DNA of 64,000 nucleotides from Sedimentisphaerales bacterium (GCA_963663965.2 CAXXFK010000015.1:64001-128000), one strand, 5' to 3'; shown: positions 38,594 through 49,983, counted from the first letter of the stretch. The notes: generated by a model not told the origin, from the letters alone. Made by a program: numbers and translations.

Positions 38594-41131
38594 ATGACCA
38601 GCGAACCGACCGGCAGTTACAACTTCAACCAGATCGAAAAGAAATGGCAGACCTTCTGGGAAACCAACAAAACCTTCCAGGCCCTCGACAACTGCGATAA
38701 ACCCAAATATTACGTGCTGGATATGTTCCCCTATCCCTCCGGCGAAGGCCTCCACGTCGGCCACCCCGAAGGTTACACCGCCAGCGATATCGTCGCCCGC
38801 TACAAACGCATGAAAGGCTTTAACGTCCTGCACCCCATGGGTTACGATGCCTTCGGCCTGCCCGCCGAACAGTTCGCCGTCAAAACCGGCACCCATCCCG
38901 CCATCACTACCGAAAAAAACATCAACCGCATCCGCGAACAGATCAAGAGCCTCGGCTTCAGCTACGATTGGGACCGCGAGGTTGACACCACCAGACCCGA
39001 CTACTTCCGCTGGACCCAGTGGATCTTCCTCAAACTCTACAACAGCTGGTACGACCCCGAACTCCAAAAAGCCCGTCCCATCGCCGAACTGCCCATCCCC
39101 ACCGGCCTCACCGAAAAAGAAAAACAAGACTATATCGCCAATAAACGCCTCGCCTACGAAGCCGAAACCCCCGTCAACTGGTGCCCCGAACTCGGAACCG
39201 TGCTGGCCAACGAAGAAGTCATCGGCGGCGTCAGCGAACGCGGCGGCCACCCCGTCATCCGCAAACCCATGCGTCAATGGATGTTGCGTATCACCGCCTA
39301 CGCCGAACGCCTGATTGATGACCTCGCCGACCTCGACTGGTCCGATGGCATCAAAAAGCTCCAGACCGACTGGGTCGGTAAAAGCATCGGCGCCGAAGTC
39401 GATTTCGCCCTCGATGGCTACGACGAGATCATCACCGTCTTCACTACCCGCCCCGACACCCTGTTCGGCGCCACCTACATGGTATTATCACCCGAACATC
39501 CGCTGGTTGATAAAATCACCACCCCCGATCAACTCCAAGCCGTCAAAGCGTATCAGGTGGAAGCCTCCCACAAAAGCGACCTCGACCGCACCGACCTGGC
39601 CAAAGACAAAACCGGCGTCTTCACCGGCGCCTATGCCATCAACCCGGTAAACGGCAACAAGATCCCCATCTGGATCAGCGATTACGTCCTGATCAGCTAC
39701 GGTACCGGCGCGATCATGAGCGTCCCGGCCCACGATGAACGCGATTTCGAATTCGCCACCAAGTTCAACCTGCCTATCATCCAGGTCGTTCAGCCGCCGG
39801 CCGAAACCAACTTTGAAGGCGAATGCTTTACCGGAAACGGTACCGCCATCAACTCCGGCGAATTCAACGGCTTATCCACCCCGGAATTCAAAAAGAAAAT
39901 CACCGCCTGGCTCACCGAAAACAAACTCGGATACGAAGCCATCAACTACAAACTCCGCGACTGGCTCTTCAGCCGCCAACGCTACTGGGGCGAACCCTTC
40001 CCCATCGTCCATGCCGAAGATGGCGAAGTCATCGCCCTGGATGAATCCGATCTGCCCGTCACCCTGCCCGAAGTCGAAAATTACAAACCCAGCGGCACCG
40101 GCGAATCCCCCCTGGCCAACATCCCAGAGTGGCTCTACTTCGAATACCAGGGCCGCAAGGTACGCCGCGAAACCAATACCATGCCCCAATGGGCCGGCAG
40201 TTGCTGGTACTACCTGCGTTATATCGATGCCCATAACAATACCGCCCCATTCGACGCCAAAAAAGAACAATACTGGATGCCGGTCGACCTCTACATCGGC
40301 GGCGCCGAACATGCCGTCCTGCACCTGCTCTATTCCCGTTTCTGGCACAAAGTCCTGTTCGATCTCGGTATCGTCAGCACCCGCGAACCCTTCCAGAAAC
40401 TGGTCAACCAGGGCATGATCCTCGGCAGCGACGGCCAGAAAATGAGCAAAAGCCGCGGCAATGTGGTCAACCCCGACCATGTCATCAACTCATACGGCGC
40501 CGATTCCATGCGGCTCTACGAAATGTTCATGGGCCCGCTCTCCGCCAACAAACCCTGGAGCATGCAGGGGGTCGAAGGGGTGCACCGCTTCCTCCAGCGC
40601 GCCTGGCGCCTCATCGTCGACGAAGAAGGCAATCGCCTTCCCGCCGTACAGGATGTCGAACCCAATGATCCCGAACTGCGCGTCCTGCACAAAACCATCA
40701 AAAAAGTCTCAGAAGACATCGAAAATTTCGGTTTCAATACCGCAATCTCGCAAATGATGATCTTCGTCAATGAATACATGAAACTCACGGTTCGCCCCCA
40801 AAAACCGTTGGAACAATTTGTCCTGCTGCTGGCGCCCTTTGCCCCGCATATCGCCGAGGAACTCTGGCAGTATCTGGGTCATTCCAATACCCTCGCCTAC
40901 GAACCCTGGCCGCAATACGACCCGGCCCTGACCATTGATCCGGAAATCGAAATCGTCATCCAGATCAATGGCAAAGTTCGTGACAAATTCATGGTCCCCG
41001 CCGACGCCACCGAAGAAGTGATCAAAGAAAACGCGCTTAATAGCGAAAAAATCACCTCCCTGCTCGAAGGCAAAACCATCCGCAAAGTTATCGTAATCAA
41101 AGGCCGCCTGGTTAATATCGTGGCCAATTAA
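38594..41131 (+). CDS. leuS: Leucine--tRNA ligase
   Basis: MFPYPSG.GLHVGH, TTRPDT editing motif, [17 protein letters not shown]; start moved to ATG 38594. Confidence 0.98.
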   Translation: MTSEPTGSYNFNQIEKKWQTFWETNKTFQALDNCDKPKYYVLDMFPYPSGEGLHVGHPEGYTASDIVARYKRMKGFNVLHPMGYDAFGLPAEQFAVKTGTHPAITTEKNINRIREQIKSLGFSYDWDREVDTTRPDYFRWTQWIFLKLYNSWYDPELQKARPIAELPIPTGLTEKEKQDYIANKRLAYEAETPVNWCPELGTVLANEEVIGGVSERGGHPVIRKPMRQWMLRITAYAERLIDDLADLDWSDGIKKLQTDWVGKSIGAEVDFALDGYDEIITVFTTRPDTLFGATYMVLSPEHPLVDKITTPDQLQAVKAYQVEASHKSDLDRTDLAKDKTGVFTGAYAINPVNGNKIPIWISDYVLISYGTGAIMSVPAHDERDFEFATKFNLPIIQVVQPPAETNFEGECFTGNGTAINSGEFNGLSTPEFKKKITAWLTENKLGYEAINYKLRDWLFSRQRYWGEPFPIVHAEDGEVIALDESDLPVTLPEVENYKPSGTGESPLANIPEWLYFEYQGRKVRRETNTMPQWAGSCWYYLRYIDAHNNTAPFDAKKEQYWMPVDLYIGGAEHAVLHLLYSRFWHKVLFDLGIVSTREPFQKLVNQGMILGSDGQKMSKSRGNVVNPDHVINSYGADSMRLYEMFMGPLSANKPWSMQGVEGVHRFLQRAWRLIVDEEGNRLPAVQDVEPNDPELRVLHKTIKKVSEDIENFGFNTAISQMMIFVNEYMKLTVRPQKPLEQFVLLLAPFAPHIAEELWQYLGHSNTLAYEPWPQYDPALTIDPEIEIVIQINGKVRDKFMVPADATEEVIKENALNSEKITSLLEGKTIRKVIVIKGRLVNIVAN

Positions 41132-41172
41132 GTTTTAAATATCGCAACCCATTGAATAGAATGGAGTAAAGT

Positions 41173-42417
41173 ATGTCGCTGTCATCTCTTGATCAACAAA
41201 TGATCGACAAGTTAAAATCGTTGGCCGGCCAGAAAGGCCTGGATATATCAGGCGGTACCGTCCGACGCAGTTCATCCCGGTTCTGTTTCGGAGTGGAGCA
41301 CGGAGACTATAACGGAACGGAACTTTTCGGTGTAGGGACCGACCGCTTCATCTGGATGGGATACAAACCCAACGGCACCAATCGCGTTCGACTGTACAGC
41401 GACAATTTCCCCAAAGATGGCATCGTTGAATTTGAAATCGGCAATGTCCCCGCCCCCCAATCTCCCGAAACCGCCGATACCTGGGCGCGTTTTCCCTACG
41501 GCGTTGATTATATCCTTCGGGAAGAAGGCTACACCCTCAACGCCGGCTTCGATGCCGTCCTCTACGGCAATATTCCCGGCGGCGGCATGAGCCGCAGCGC
41601 CTCACTGGCTCTCAACCTGATCCTGACCGTCATGGAAGTGAACAACATCAAGCCCAAAAACGATTTCGATGTGGTACTCCTGGCCCAGAAAGTCGAAAAC
41701 ATCTATATCGGTTCACCCTGCGGCCTGCTCGATCAAATTATGATCATGTTCGCGCGCGAAGGTATGGGCACCCATTACGATCCGCAAACCAATGATATCA
41801 AATACGTTCCATTGGGCAGCGGCGCCGAAGATTTCCGCATCGTCGTCATGGATACCGGCACCGTTCGTCCCGGTCTCGAAAAATCAACTTACAAAATCCG
41901 CCGCACCGAATGCGACAGCTTTGCCGAACAGCTCAGTAAAGACACTAACGGCAAAATCAGTAAATTGGCCCACATTCGCGATGAAGCCACCTATAACGAA
42001 ATCATGGCAAAATACGCCGACAAACCCGAATGGTGCGACCGGTTAAAATATATCTTCGGGGCCCAGACCCGTTTCTATCAGATGCTCGATGCCTGGAAAG
42101 CCGGCAATATCGCCACCGTAGGCAAAATTTTCCGCCAGGACGGCATTGGCCTGCGGGATGACTACGTAATTTCCGGTCCTGAACTCGAAACCATGTGCGA
42201 CCTGGTTCGAACGGTACCCGGCACATTAGGCGAACGTATGTTGGGAGGTGGCGACAAAGGAGCCGCCGGAGCGTTAGTCAAGGCGGATAGTGTTGAGGCC
42301 GTCAAAAATGCCGTGGAAACCGGCTACCCGGCCAGCCGGCCCGATTACGCTGATAAATACGCCGTCCATGTCTGCAAAATTGTGGATGGTATCATAACCT
42401 TCGAAAACAGCCTGTAA
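41173..42417 (+). CDS. GHMP-family sugar kinase, galactokinase-like
   Basis: EHGDYNG, PGGGMSRSAS, ENIYIG.PCGLLDQ, Y..RR.EC, RM.GGG..G. Confidence 0.8.
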   Translation: MSLSSLDQQMIDKLKSLAGQKGLDISGGTVRRSSSRFCFGVEHGDYNGTELFGVGTDRFIWMGYKPNGTNRVRLYSDNFPKDGIVEFEIGNVPAPQSPETADTWARFPYGVDYILREEGYTLNAGFDAVLYGNIPGGGMSRSASLALNLILTVMEVNNIKPKNDFDVVLLAQKVENIYIGSPCGLLDQIMIMFAREGMGTHYDPQTNDIKYVPLGSGAEDFRIVVMDTGTVRPGLEKSTYKIRRTECDSFAEQLSKDTNGKISKLAHIRDEATYNEIMAKYADKPEWCDRLKYIFGAQTRFYQMLDAWKAGNIATVGKIFRQDGIGLRDDYVISGPELETMCDLVRTVPGTLGERMLGGGDKGAAGALVKADSVEAVKNAVETGYPASRPDYADKYAVHVCKIVDGIITFENSL

Positions 42418-42440
42418 TCATCGTAATTATAGAAATACTT

Positions 42441-42473
42441 AAAGGCCCGGATGATATTATCCGGGTCTTTTTT
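42441..42473. terminator. Terminator hairpin between convergent genes
   Basis: AAAGGCCCGGAT / ATCCGGGTCTTT stem plus T tract. Confidence 0.7.
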
Positions 42474-44298
42474 AATCGGTCTTCTCAACCACTTCAATTT
42501 CAAAAGTCGCATCACCCATAACCACCCATTCCGCCCCAACATCCGAACGAAGCAGGGAACGATGCGGATACGACTCAATTTGACGCCGGTCATCTTCCAA
42601 TAAAGCAATCTTGCTCTCCGGCAATCCCGGCAAAGGCTCACCTTCCGGCGCGATACTGTTATCGTTCAAAGCAAGCATCATATACAAACGGTCACGCCGA
42701 AGATTCTGCCTGACCTGCAACGTTTTCATAATTGCCTTGGCGTTTAATGGATTATTCAGCCAGGGCCAGGCTTGCGCGATCATTTGCATGCAAGCCTCAC
42801 GCCCCCCCACCCTGATCTGATATTTACCGGGCTTAATATTCGATGGCAACGCTAAAGAACACGCCACCCGTTTACTGGAGCCATAATCCGGCTCCAATTC
42901 CACAACAGCATGAGCTTCCTCGCCCGGTTTAAAGACCAGTTTATTCAAATCAGCCGCGAGCATATAACCAACACTGTCTTTATCGTCAATCGCCATATCC
43001 AGCGACATCCGCTTCAATTCAACCCGTTGCCAGGGATTATTTAATATTGTCATCACAATCATCATCGTATCTTCAAAAAGATCGTTGCTCGATCGTCCGG
43101 AACTGACATTCTCGAAATCAAGCTTCCCTGACGTCCCAAAGTCCATTTCAATGCGATATTTAAGCGTTACTTCATCTGGCAATGCCCCGGAATATTCCGT
43201 TGCGGCAATCGCGCCAAGCCCGGCAAGTATTGGCGTCAATTGCGGATCACGCACCACTTGCGCATGAAATTCCCGACTGCGCTGATTATATTTCCACAAC
43301 GTTTTTAAATCGATATCTGCCAACTCAATTTTTTGATCAAGCGTGCCATAGACTGCCGCCGCTTCATCCGCCCGTAACACCCCTTTAACTTCCAGAAGCG
43401 AGCCCAGTTTAAACGACATATTCTTACTGTTCACAAAGGTATGGATCGTTCCAGTCCCCATCGGATACCAGACCTGCCCGTTGCCATTCCAGGAATGCCC
43501 GAATCCCCATACCGAATCCCCTCTCACTTCGGTTACAGTCCCCAGCAATGTAGTATTGATATCTCCAATGGATAAAGGGATCACCAAAGCGGATCCGGGT
43601 TCCAGTTTTGACGAACCATCGCCATGGACCAAACCGCCGGTAATACCCTGTAAGTTTATACCCGGCAGCCATTCAGACAGTTTACGAATCGTGTTTTCAT
43701 TAACGCCCCCCACACTCACCGCCAGGGGTAAATTAAACGAACCCGCCATCTGGCTTGGCCGCCCCAATCCACTATCTTGAACAATTCGAGCCAATGTCTC
43801 CCGATCTGCCAGAGTCGATCGCATTAAATTAACGTAAAACGGCTTACCCACTACCGGCGACGCCGATGCCACCTGATGTTTACGGGGTAGATCACCTGTT
43901 TCTTTTACGTCAAGCATCTCCCTGATGGGTGTCACTCCATATAAAGGCTCCTCTCCAAATGCCCAGCCAAAGGACATCGCTCCGGCTAACCGGCCCTCAA
44001 AATAAACCGGCGAGCCACTCACCCCCTGGGTACCCCGGGCCAGATCGAATCGGGGATCTTGACACATCACCAGAAAGGCGTCCCGCCCCGGATCAAATCG
44101 TTTGACCACCGAAACCAGTTCCACATCAAACTTTTCAATCTGTGTCCCTTTGAATATGGTCAGCCCATACCCTTTCATGCCGGGTTTTAGTTCTTCCAGG
44201 TCAATATACCGTTCTGAATCCCAGAATGATCCCGCTGCCTGACACGAAATCGTAATACTCAGGCAAACCAGAACAAAATAAATGCTTCGCTTGCTCAT
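42472..44298 (-). CDS. SpoIVB peptidase S55-domain secreted protein
   Basis: GMKGYGLTIF.G, QGVSGSPVY..G.LAGA, VTPI.EM, FGH; signal peptide. Confidence 0.85.
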   Translation of the reverse strand: MSKRSIYFVLVCLSITISCQAAGSFWDSERYIDLEELKPGMKGYGLTIFKGTQIEKFDVELVSVVKRFDPGRDAFLVMCQDPRFDLARGTQGVSGSPVYFEGRLAGAMSFGWAFGEEPLYGVTPIREMLDVKETGDLPRKHQVASASPVVGKPFYVNLMRSTLADRETLARIVQDSGLGRPSQMAGSFNLPLAVSVGGVNENTIRKLSEWLPGINLQGITGGLVHGDGSSKLEPGSALVIPLSIGDINTTLLGTVTEVRGDSVWGFGHSWNGNGQVWYPMGTGTIHTFVNSKNMSFKLGSLLEVKGVLRADEAAAVYGTLDQKIELADIDLKTLWKYNQRSREFHAQVVRDPQLTPILAGLGAIAATEYSGALPDEVTLKYRIEMDFGTSGKLDFENVSSGRSSNDLFEDTMMIVMTILNNPWQRVELKRMSLDMAIDDKDSVGYMLAADLNKLVFKPGEEAHAVVELEPDYGSSKRVACSLALPSNIKPGKYQIRVGGREACMQMIAQAWPWLNNPLNAKAIMKTLQVRQNLRRDRLYMMLALNDNSIAPEGEPLPGLPESKIALLEDDRRQIESYPHRSLLRSDVGAEWVVMGDATFEIEVVEKTD

Positions 44299-44461
44299 AT
44301 AAAACCTTAAACATGGGATATTATAGTTATAACTCTTTTACTCATCGGCTTTCTGGAAAATTCTATCCTGTTTTCCAGTTTTTTTCCATCAAACCTTCTT
44401 TTATCTTTCCAGCTCATGAAGTACCAGCCACTAATATGAAGAGTACCACTAATCGACCAAC

Positions 44462-44485
44462 AAAAAAACCGCCCTTAGGCGGTTT
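44462..44485 (-). terminator. Intrinsic terminator
   Basis: Minus strand AAACCGCC-TAAG-GGCGG followed by TTTTTTT. Confidence 0.65.
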
Positions 44486-44521
44486 AAAAGCTCATTGGTT
44501 AATACCTGGAAGTAACTTGTT

Positions 44522-44965
44522 TTAATACCAGATCGATACGATCAGATGAGGCTCATTTTTCTTACCTTCAACAATACCAACGGTCGTATTGGTGAATTTA
44601 ATGTTAATTTCCGGATGTTTGTCCAGCCATTCATTGATTTGTTCATCCATATATTCAATCGCTTTATCGCTCAAACGAGCATGAAAAGTCCGTATCCGAT
44701 TGGCAAATGGTGAATCCGGCATCAAAGAACGCTTGAATTTACTGTCTTGAACCTCTTCCTTTTTGGTATCCTGAGGAAAAAGCGTAATCGGGGTGTTATC
44801 TTCTTCTTCAAGATAAAATCCATCTACTGCGATGGAATCTGGCGCCGGTTCCTGATCAGGTATTATTTCAGGAAACTTGCAGGTTGGACATTGCAACCGG
44901 TCTCCAACCATCGATGTCGGGGCTTCCAAGTCTTCGTTACATTTGCTACACTTGAATTTTATCAT
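44522..44965 (-). CDS. Hypothetical protein with N-terminal Zn ribbon
   Basis: CSKC...CPTC, acidic linker, C-terminal MDEQINEWL...IKF...WY domain. Confidence 0.7.
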   Translation of the reverse strand: MIKFKCSKCNEDLEAPTSMVGDRLQCPTCKFPEIIPDQEPAPDSIAVDGFYLEEEDNTPITLFPQDTKKEEVQDSKFKRSLMPDSPFANRIRTFHARLSDKAIEYMDEQINEWLDKHPEINIKFTNTTVGIVEGKKNEPHLIVSIWY

Positions 44966-45179
44966 GCCTGTTACCTCACAAACGGTGACCCATAACTACC
45001 TGTTTACAAACCATTAATATAATACCATCAAATATTATTATAACGGAATGCAAAATGACAACAACTACAAAATTTAACAAATATCTAAATCCCCCAAAAA
45101 GCTTTTTCAAATGCCGGTAATTAGGCTATAATCCCCATGAGAAATTAATTAACGCTAAACGGATGTAAATTTAGTTAAA

Positions 45180-47138
45180 ATGCCTGAAATAAATATCTTA
45201 TCAACTAATTTAATCAATAAAATTGCCGCCGGTGAAGTCGTAGAACGCCCTGCCAGCGTAGTTAAAGAATTACTGGAAAACAGTCTGGATGCCGGCAGCT
45301 CTTCGATTTCCCTTGAAATTGAAGATGGTGGTAAAAAATTAATTCGAATCAGTGACGATGGATCTGGTATGGACCAGGCTGACTTGGCGCTGGCCATTCA
45401 TCCGCACGCAACCAGTAAGCTATCATGTGAAGAGGATTTATACCATATCATGACCATGGGATTTCGTGGGGAAGCCCTGGCCAGTATCGCCTCCATCAGC
45501 CAGATGGAAATCATCAGCCGCACCCGTGATAATCATGAAGGGTACCGGCTTGAAGTTAACGGTGGCGAAATGGGCGAAACCGTTCCTGTAGCCGCTTCAC
45601 CGGGAACAACGATCACTATTCGTAATCTTTTTTTTAATACCCCTGCCCGGCGAAAATTCCTGAGAACAACCAATACGGAAATGAGCCATATCACTGAAGA
45701 TATGGGGCGGATTGCCCTGGCTCATTGTGATATCCAGTTTACCCTTAAACATAATGCCAGAACAATCTTCGATTTCCCGGCGGGCCAATCCCTTCGAGAT
45801 CGCCTTCGACTGCTGTTCTCAGCCGAACTGGCAAATGATTTGCTTTCTATCGAACGGAATGATCGGGGAGTCCATATTCATGGCCTGATTGCGCCGCCGG
45901 CGCAAAGTAAAAATGCGGCAAAATGGCAATATATTTTCCTTAATGGCCGCGCAATTAGAGATAAATTTATCAGTCACGCCATGAAAGAAGCTTATCGGGG
46001 CCTGATAGAACCCAGTCGCTATCCCGTAGCTTTCTTGTTTATCGATATCGATCCCGGCCAGGTTGACGTGAATGTCCATCCCACCAAAATGGAAGTTCGC
46101 TTTGCCGAGTCGAACCTGATCCATTCCCAGGTGCTGGCGGCCATGCGTGATAAATTATTAAGCACCGACCTGACCCGTGTGGTTCGCAGTGATGAAATCG
46201 GACCGGATCATCAAACGGACAACTCAAACAATAACCAGCTTGATGATCCAACCCAAAAGCGCCGCGAAGATATCCGGGCCGCCATGGCGGACTTTTTTAA
46301 GAACCGACCACCACAGGCGCCATCAAGCGCTAGCCCCCAAACATCTTCTTATAATGCGGCCGCAGGGCTATCCCAGCACCATTTAACCTCTCAACAGTCA
46401 GATAAACTCAGTAAAGGCATTGATCCTCTGATTGATAGTTCTAACTCCAATTTGTCAGAACAACCAGCTGATTCAACAATCGAATCATCGATAGAACACC
46501 ACAATGATCTCCCCATAAACTACAATACCATTGAGGAAATTCCGTCAAATCCGTCTTCCTGCAACGGCCCTTGTTCCTTTGTTCAGGTTCATAACTCCTA
46601 TATTGTTCAGCAAAGCAACGATGGCCTGGTGATTGTTGACCAGCACGCTCTGCATGAACGCATTCTGTACGAAAAATTGAATCGTCAGCTTGCCCAGGGC
46701 AAACTCGCCAGTCAGCGGCTGCTCTTACCGGAAATCATCGAAGTAACACCCGCCCAGATGGCCGCCGCTGAAAACAATGAAATGATCCTGAACGAGTTGG
46801 GCATTACTGCCGAACCTTTCGGACCACGCTCTCTGGCAATTCAGTCATTCCCGGTATTATTGGAAAAACTGGATATGAGAACCTTCGTTTTGGACTTGCT
46901 GGATTTGCTGACTGAACGCGCCGGCCATGTCAGTCGTGAAGAGATGACCCATGTAATCATCGATATGATGGCCTGTAAGGCCGCTATCAAAGCCGGTGAT
47001 CCCCTCTCCTCCGATGAAATTCGCGAACTCATGGCCAAGCGTCAGGATGTGGAACGCATCAGTAACTGCCCGCATGGCCGCCCCACCACCGTTCGCTTAA
47101 CCCTGCGCGAACTCGAAAAACTATTTAAACGGACCTGA
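45180..47138 (+). CDS. mutL: DNA mismatch repair endonuclease MutL
   Basis: IAAGEVVERPASVVKEL.ENSLDAG, GFRGEAL, DQHALHERI, ACK, CPHGRP. Confidence 0.98.
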   Translation: MPEINILSTNLINKIAAGEVVERPASVVKELLENSLDAGSSSISLEIEDGGKKLIRISDDGSGMDQADLALAIHPHATSKLSCEEDLYHIMTMGFRGEALASIASISQMEIISRTRDNHEGYRLEVNGGEMGETVPVAASPGTTITIRNLFFNTPARRKFLRTTNTEMSHITEDMGRIALAHCDIQFTLKHNARTIFDFPAGQSLRDRLRLLFSAELANDLLSIERNDRGVHIHGLIAPPAQSKNAAKWQYIFLNGRAIRDKFISHAMKEAYRGLIEPSRYPVAFLFIDIDPGQVDVNVHPTKMEVRFAESNLIHSQVLAAMRDKLLSTDLTRVVRSDEIGPDHQTDNSNNNQLDDPTQKRREDIRAAMADFFKNRPPQAPSSASPQTSSYNAAAGLSQHHLTSQQSDKLSKGIDPLIDSSNSNLSEQPADSTIESSIEHHNDLPINYNTIEEIPSNPSSCNGPCSFVQVHNSYIVQQSNDGLVIVDQHALHERILYEKLNRQLAQGKLASQRLLLPEIIEVTPAQMAAAENNEMILNELGITAEPFGPRSLAIQSFPVLLEKLDMRTFVLDLLDLLTERAGHVSREEMTHVIIDMMACKAAIKAGDPLSSDEIRELMAKRQDVERISNCPHGRPTTVRLTLRELEKLFKRT

Positions 47139-47156
47139 TAGAAAGCCTGGAATTTT

Positions 47157-48125
47157 ATGGATATCCTAGAAATCTTCAATCTGGCTTTCCAGGCCAATTT
47201 TATCGCGGTTCTGAAAGTCTTTTTGATCGCGGCCCTGGCAGCAACTCTGGTACGGGTAAAAATTATCAACAGTGACCAGATTAAAGCCCTGACTACCGTC
47301 ACCGTTAATGTCCTGCTGCCGGCGATGATTTTTGCCAATATCACCCGCAATTTTCATCCTGAAAACAATCCCATCTGGTGGATATTACCCATTACCGCAT
47401 TGGCAACCATTTCTTTCAGCATCCTGTTGGCTCGTCTGTTTTTCTGGAAAGAAATCCCCGCCAAAAAAAATATGCTGGGAATTGCCGGGATCCAGAACGC
47501 CGCCTATTTGGTGTTACCAGTAGGTAAGAATTTATTTCCAGACCAATTCGCTGAATTCTCCAGCCTGTGCTTTCTTTACGTTCTGGGTATGAACTACATG
47601 CTCTGGTCCGTAGGCAAGTATCTGACCACGTCCGCCGAACATGAAAAGCTCAAGCTTAGCAATGCCATCACCCCCCCGTTCGTAGCCTGCTTACTATCCA
47701 TCACACTGGTCCTCTTAAACCTGCGCCCTTATGTGCCTGCTCTCATTCTCGATCCTGTCGACCTCCTGGGCCAGGCAACCGTACCACTGGCAACGTTTAT
47801 CCTCGGCGGCGTTCTGGGTAGTATACATCTGCGTATCCGTCCCTATCTCTGGGACACCGCCCGGGTCGTCTCAGTCAAATTAATTATCACACCGCTGATT
47901 ACGATCTTTGTCTTGTATTGGCTGCGCGACCGGATCGATCTGTTAACCTCAAAACTGCTGGTATTGGAAGCCGCCGTAGCGCCCGCCACCGGATTAATTC
48001 TGCAAGTGCGTAATTACGGAGGTGATGTCCAGAAAGTCAGCAGTGTTATGTTAGTCAACTATCTGCTTTGTCTGATAACCATGCCGATCTGGATGGCCGT
48101 CTGGGAAGTCTGCCTCAACCTCTAA
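47157..48125 (+). CDS. AEC (auxin efflux carrier) family transporter
   Basis: About 10 TMs; LPAMIF, N..Y..LP, PLA.FILG, KLII.P. Confidence 0.82.
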   Translation: MDILEIFNLAFQANFIAVLKVFLIAALAATLVRVKIINSDQIKALTTVTVNVLLPAMIFANITRNFHPENNPIWWILPITALATISFSILLARLFFWKEIPAKKNMLGIAGIQNAAYLVLPVGKNLFPDQFAEFSSLCFLYVLGMNYMLWSVGKYLTTSAEHEKLKLSNAITPPFVACLLSITLVLLNLRPYVPALILDPVDLLGQATVPLATFILGGVLGSIHLRIRPYLWDTARVVSVKLIITPLITIFVLYWLRDRIDLLTSKLLVLEAAVAPATGLILQVRNYGGDVQKVSSVMLVNYLLCLITMPIWMAVWEVCLNL

Positions 48126-49186
48126 TCGATCCCATCCAGCACTCCCTTCATGTATCCCAGCGCATGGGCCATCCCGGCATGCCAGGACGCCGAACAGGTC
48201 ATTTGTGGTGCGTGGTCCGGGATCAAAACACCGCGATAATCGTTGTGTTTCAATATCATCAGTACGCGTTTGATATCAATATCCCCTTCATCGATAAACG
48301 TTTCATGGTATTCCGGTGCTTTCCCCCGTACATTTCGCAAATGGATATAAGCCACCCGGCCCTGACGGGTATAGTGCTCCAGCGCCTGGTAAATGTCTCC
48401 CTCACTCATTTCTGCCAGTGTTCCCAGGCATAATTCAAACTGATTATTGGGACTGCCATTCAACGTAATCACGCGCTGATACATATCCGGTTGATAGACC
48501 AGCCTGGGCTGGCAGCGCATGATGGGAATGGGAGGATCGTCCGGATGTAAAGCCAGGCGAACCCCTGCTTCTTCCGCAACTGGCAGCAACTCATTTAAAA
48601 ATTCGCCATATCGCCGCCACAAAGCCTCATGATCAATTTCCGGCAAGAATCCCGGTTCAGCCTGCTCATTATAGACCATATTCCAGACCATCCCATTGGG
48701 AATCGGCGATTGATCACCCCCATCCATGCCGACCGACACCGCACCGCCTCTGGCAAAAGGGCCGGTGATCCGGCCACACACCCCGGCAATACTGAAATTA
48801 TAACCAATGATGGGAATCCCCGCTTTGCCAACCGTTCGCACCATTTTTTTAAGGTGCGCCATCTGCACCGCTCTGAGTGGCCCATCCAGAAGCACATCGT
48901 GCCAGTGAGCCGGATCGAAATTCTCTATCGCTTCCAGCGCCAACCCGGCGTCCTCTATCTCCCGCTTGATAGTCCTTAATTCCTCCAGATTCCAGAGTTT
49001 GTCCGGGTCGCCGGCCCGGCCCCATCCCCGGCTTGTTCCGGTTGGTTGATTATTATCCGGATTATCCGCTGCTTGTCTGAAATAATCCACCAGATGAATC
49101 ACAACATGAGTCGCGCCACATTGCCGGGCAAACGCGTAATTTTCGGGTGTCAGCATATGTCGATACAATCCGAGTCCCAGGTGCAT
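48122..49186 (-). CDS. uxuA: Mannonate dehydratase family protein
   Basis: YNF, LPVAEEAGV.LALHPDDPP, HLRNV, F.DEGD, PDH.P. Confidence 0.8.
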   Translation of the reverse strand: MHLGLGLYRHMLTPENYAFARQCGATHVVIHLVDYFRQAADNPDNNQPTGTSRGWGRAGDPDKLWNLEELRTIKREIEDAGLALEAIENFDPAHWHDVLLDGPLRAVQMAHLKKMVRTVGKAGIPIIGYNFSIAGVCGRITGPFARGGAVSVGMDGGDQSPIPNGMVWNMVYNEQAEPGFLPEIDHEALWRRYGEFLNELLPVAEEAGVRLALHPDDPPIPIMRCQPRLVYQPDMYQRVITLNGSPNNQFELCLGTLAEMSEGDIYQALEHYTRQGRVAYIHLRNVRGKAPEYHETFIDEGDIDIKRVLMILKHNDYRGVLIPDHAPQMTCSASWHAGMAHALGYMKGVLDGID

Positions 49187-49197
49187 ACCGATTCCTT

Positions 49198-49983
49198 TCA
49201 AAAACCAATACTGATACCACCATCGACAATTAATTGATGACCGGTGACAAACCGTGCGGCCGGAGAACTCAGATAAACGGCCGCCCATCCAATATCATCC
49301 GGATCACCCAATTCTCCCAATGGAGTCCTGGATAGAATTCGCCGTTTACGCTCCGGATCATCTTCCAGGGCCTTGCTGGACATATCACTTTTTATCCATC
49401 CCGGAGCAATGGCATTGACCCGAATCCCTTTGGGTGACCATTCGGTTGCCAGAGAACGCACCAATCCTAACTGGGCGGATTTAGCCGCTGCATATGCCGA
49501 AACCTGCGGAATCCCAAACACCGCGGCCATCGAAGTAATGAACAGGATATGACCATGACCTTGTTCGATCATACCGGGAATAACCGCCCGGGCCATGGCA
49601 TAGCTCCCCATCAAATGCACTTGCAGGATATCCATCAGTTCTGCGTCTGAAGTCTCTGCCGCCATCTTTTTCAAATGATTACCGGCATTATTGACCAGGA
49701 TCGTAGGATCTCCAAAGTTTTTTCTAACCTCAGTAACTAAGGTTTCTGATTCTCCAGTCTGGGTAACATCATATACAAGCATATCCGTCCGGGGCCCCAG
49801 GTCAGCACAGGTCTGCTCCAGAACATCCCGGCGTCGACCGGCCAGCACCACCCTGGCCCCAGCTTTAACCATACACGTTGCAATACTTTTACCGATTCCT
49901 GTACCGCCCCCGGTAATAAGCGCCAGTTCATTTTGTAAACTGAATGTTTCCAAATTCAATTTTTCTTCATTTCTAATATCCAT
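49198..49983 (-). CDS. SDR oxidoreductase (gluconate 5-dehydrogenase-like)
   Basis: TGGGTGIG, NNAG, YAAAK, VNAIAPG, VDGG. Confidence 0.9.
   Translation of the reverse strand: MDIRNEEKLNLETFSLQNELALITGGGTGIGKSIATCMVKAGARVVLAGRRRDVLEQTCADLGPRTDMLVYDVTQTGESETLVTEVRKNFGDPTILVNNAGNHLKKMAAETSDAELMDILQVHLMGSYAMARAVIPGMIEQGHGHILFITSMAAVFGIPQVSAYAAAKSAQLGLVRSLATEWSPKGIRVNAIAPGWIKSDMSSKALEDDPERKRRILSRTPLGELGDPDDIGWAAVYLSSPAARFVTGHQLIVDGGISIGF

Noticed and set aside
38561..40480. Long antisense and alternate-frame ORFs over leuS (e.g. 38561-39277, 39735-40418, 39872-40480)
   Set aside because: Explained by the extreme C/A third-position bias of leuS, which removes stops in other frames; no protein motifs
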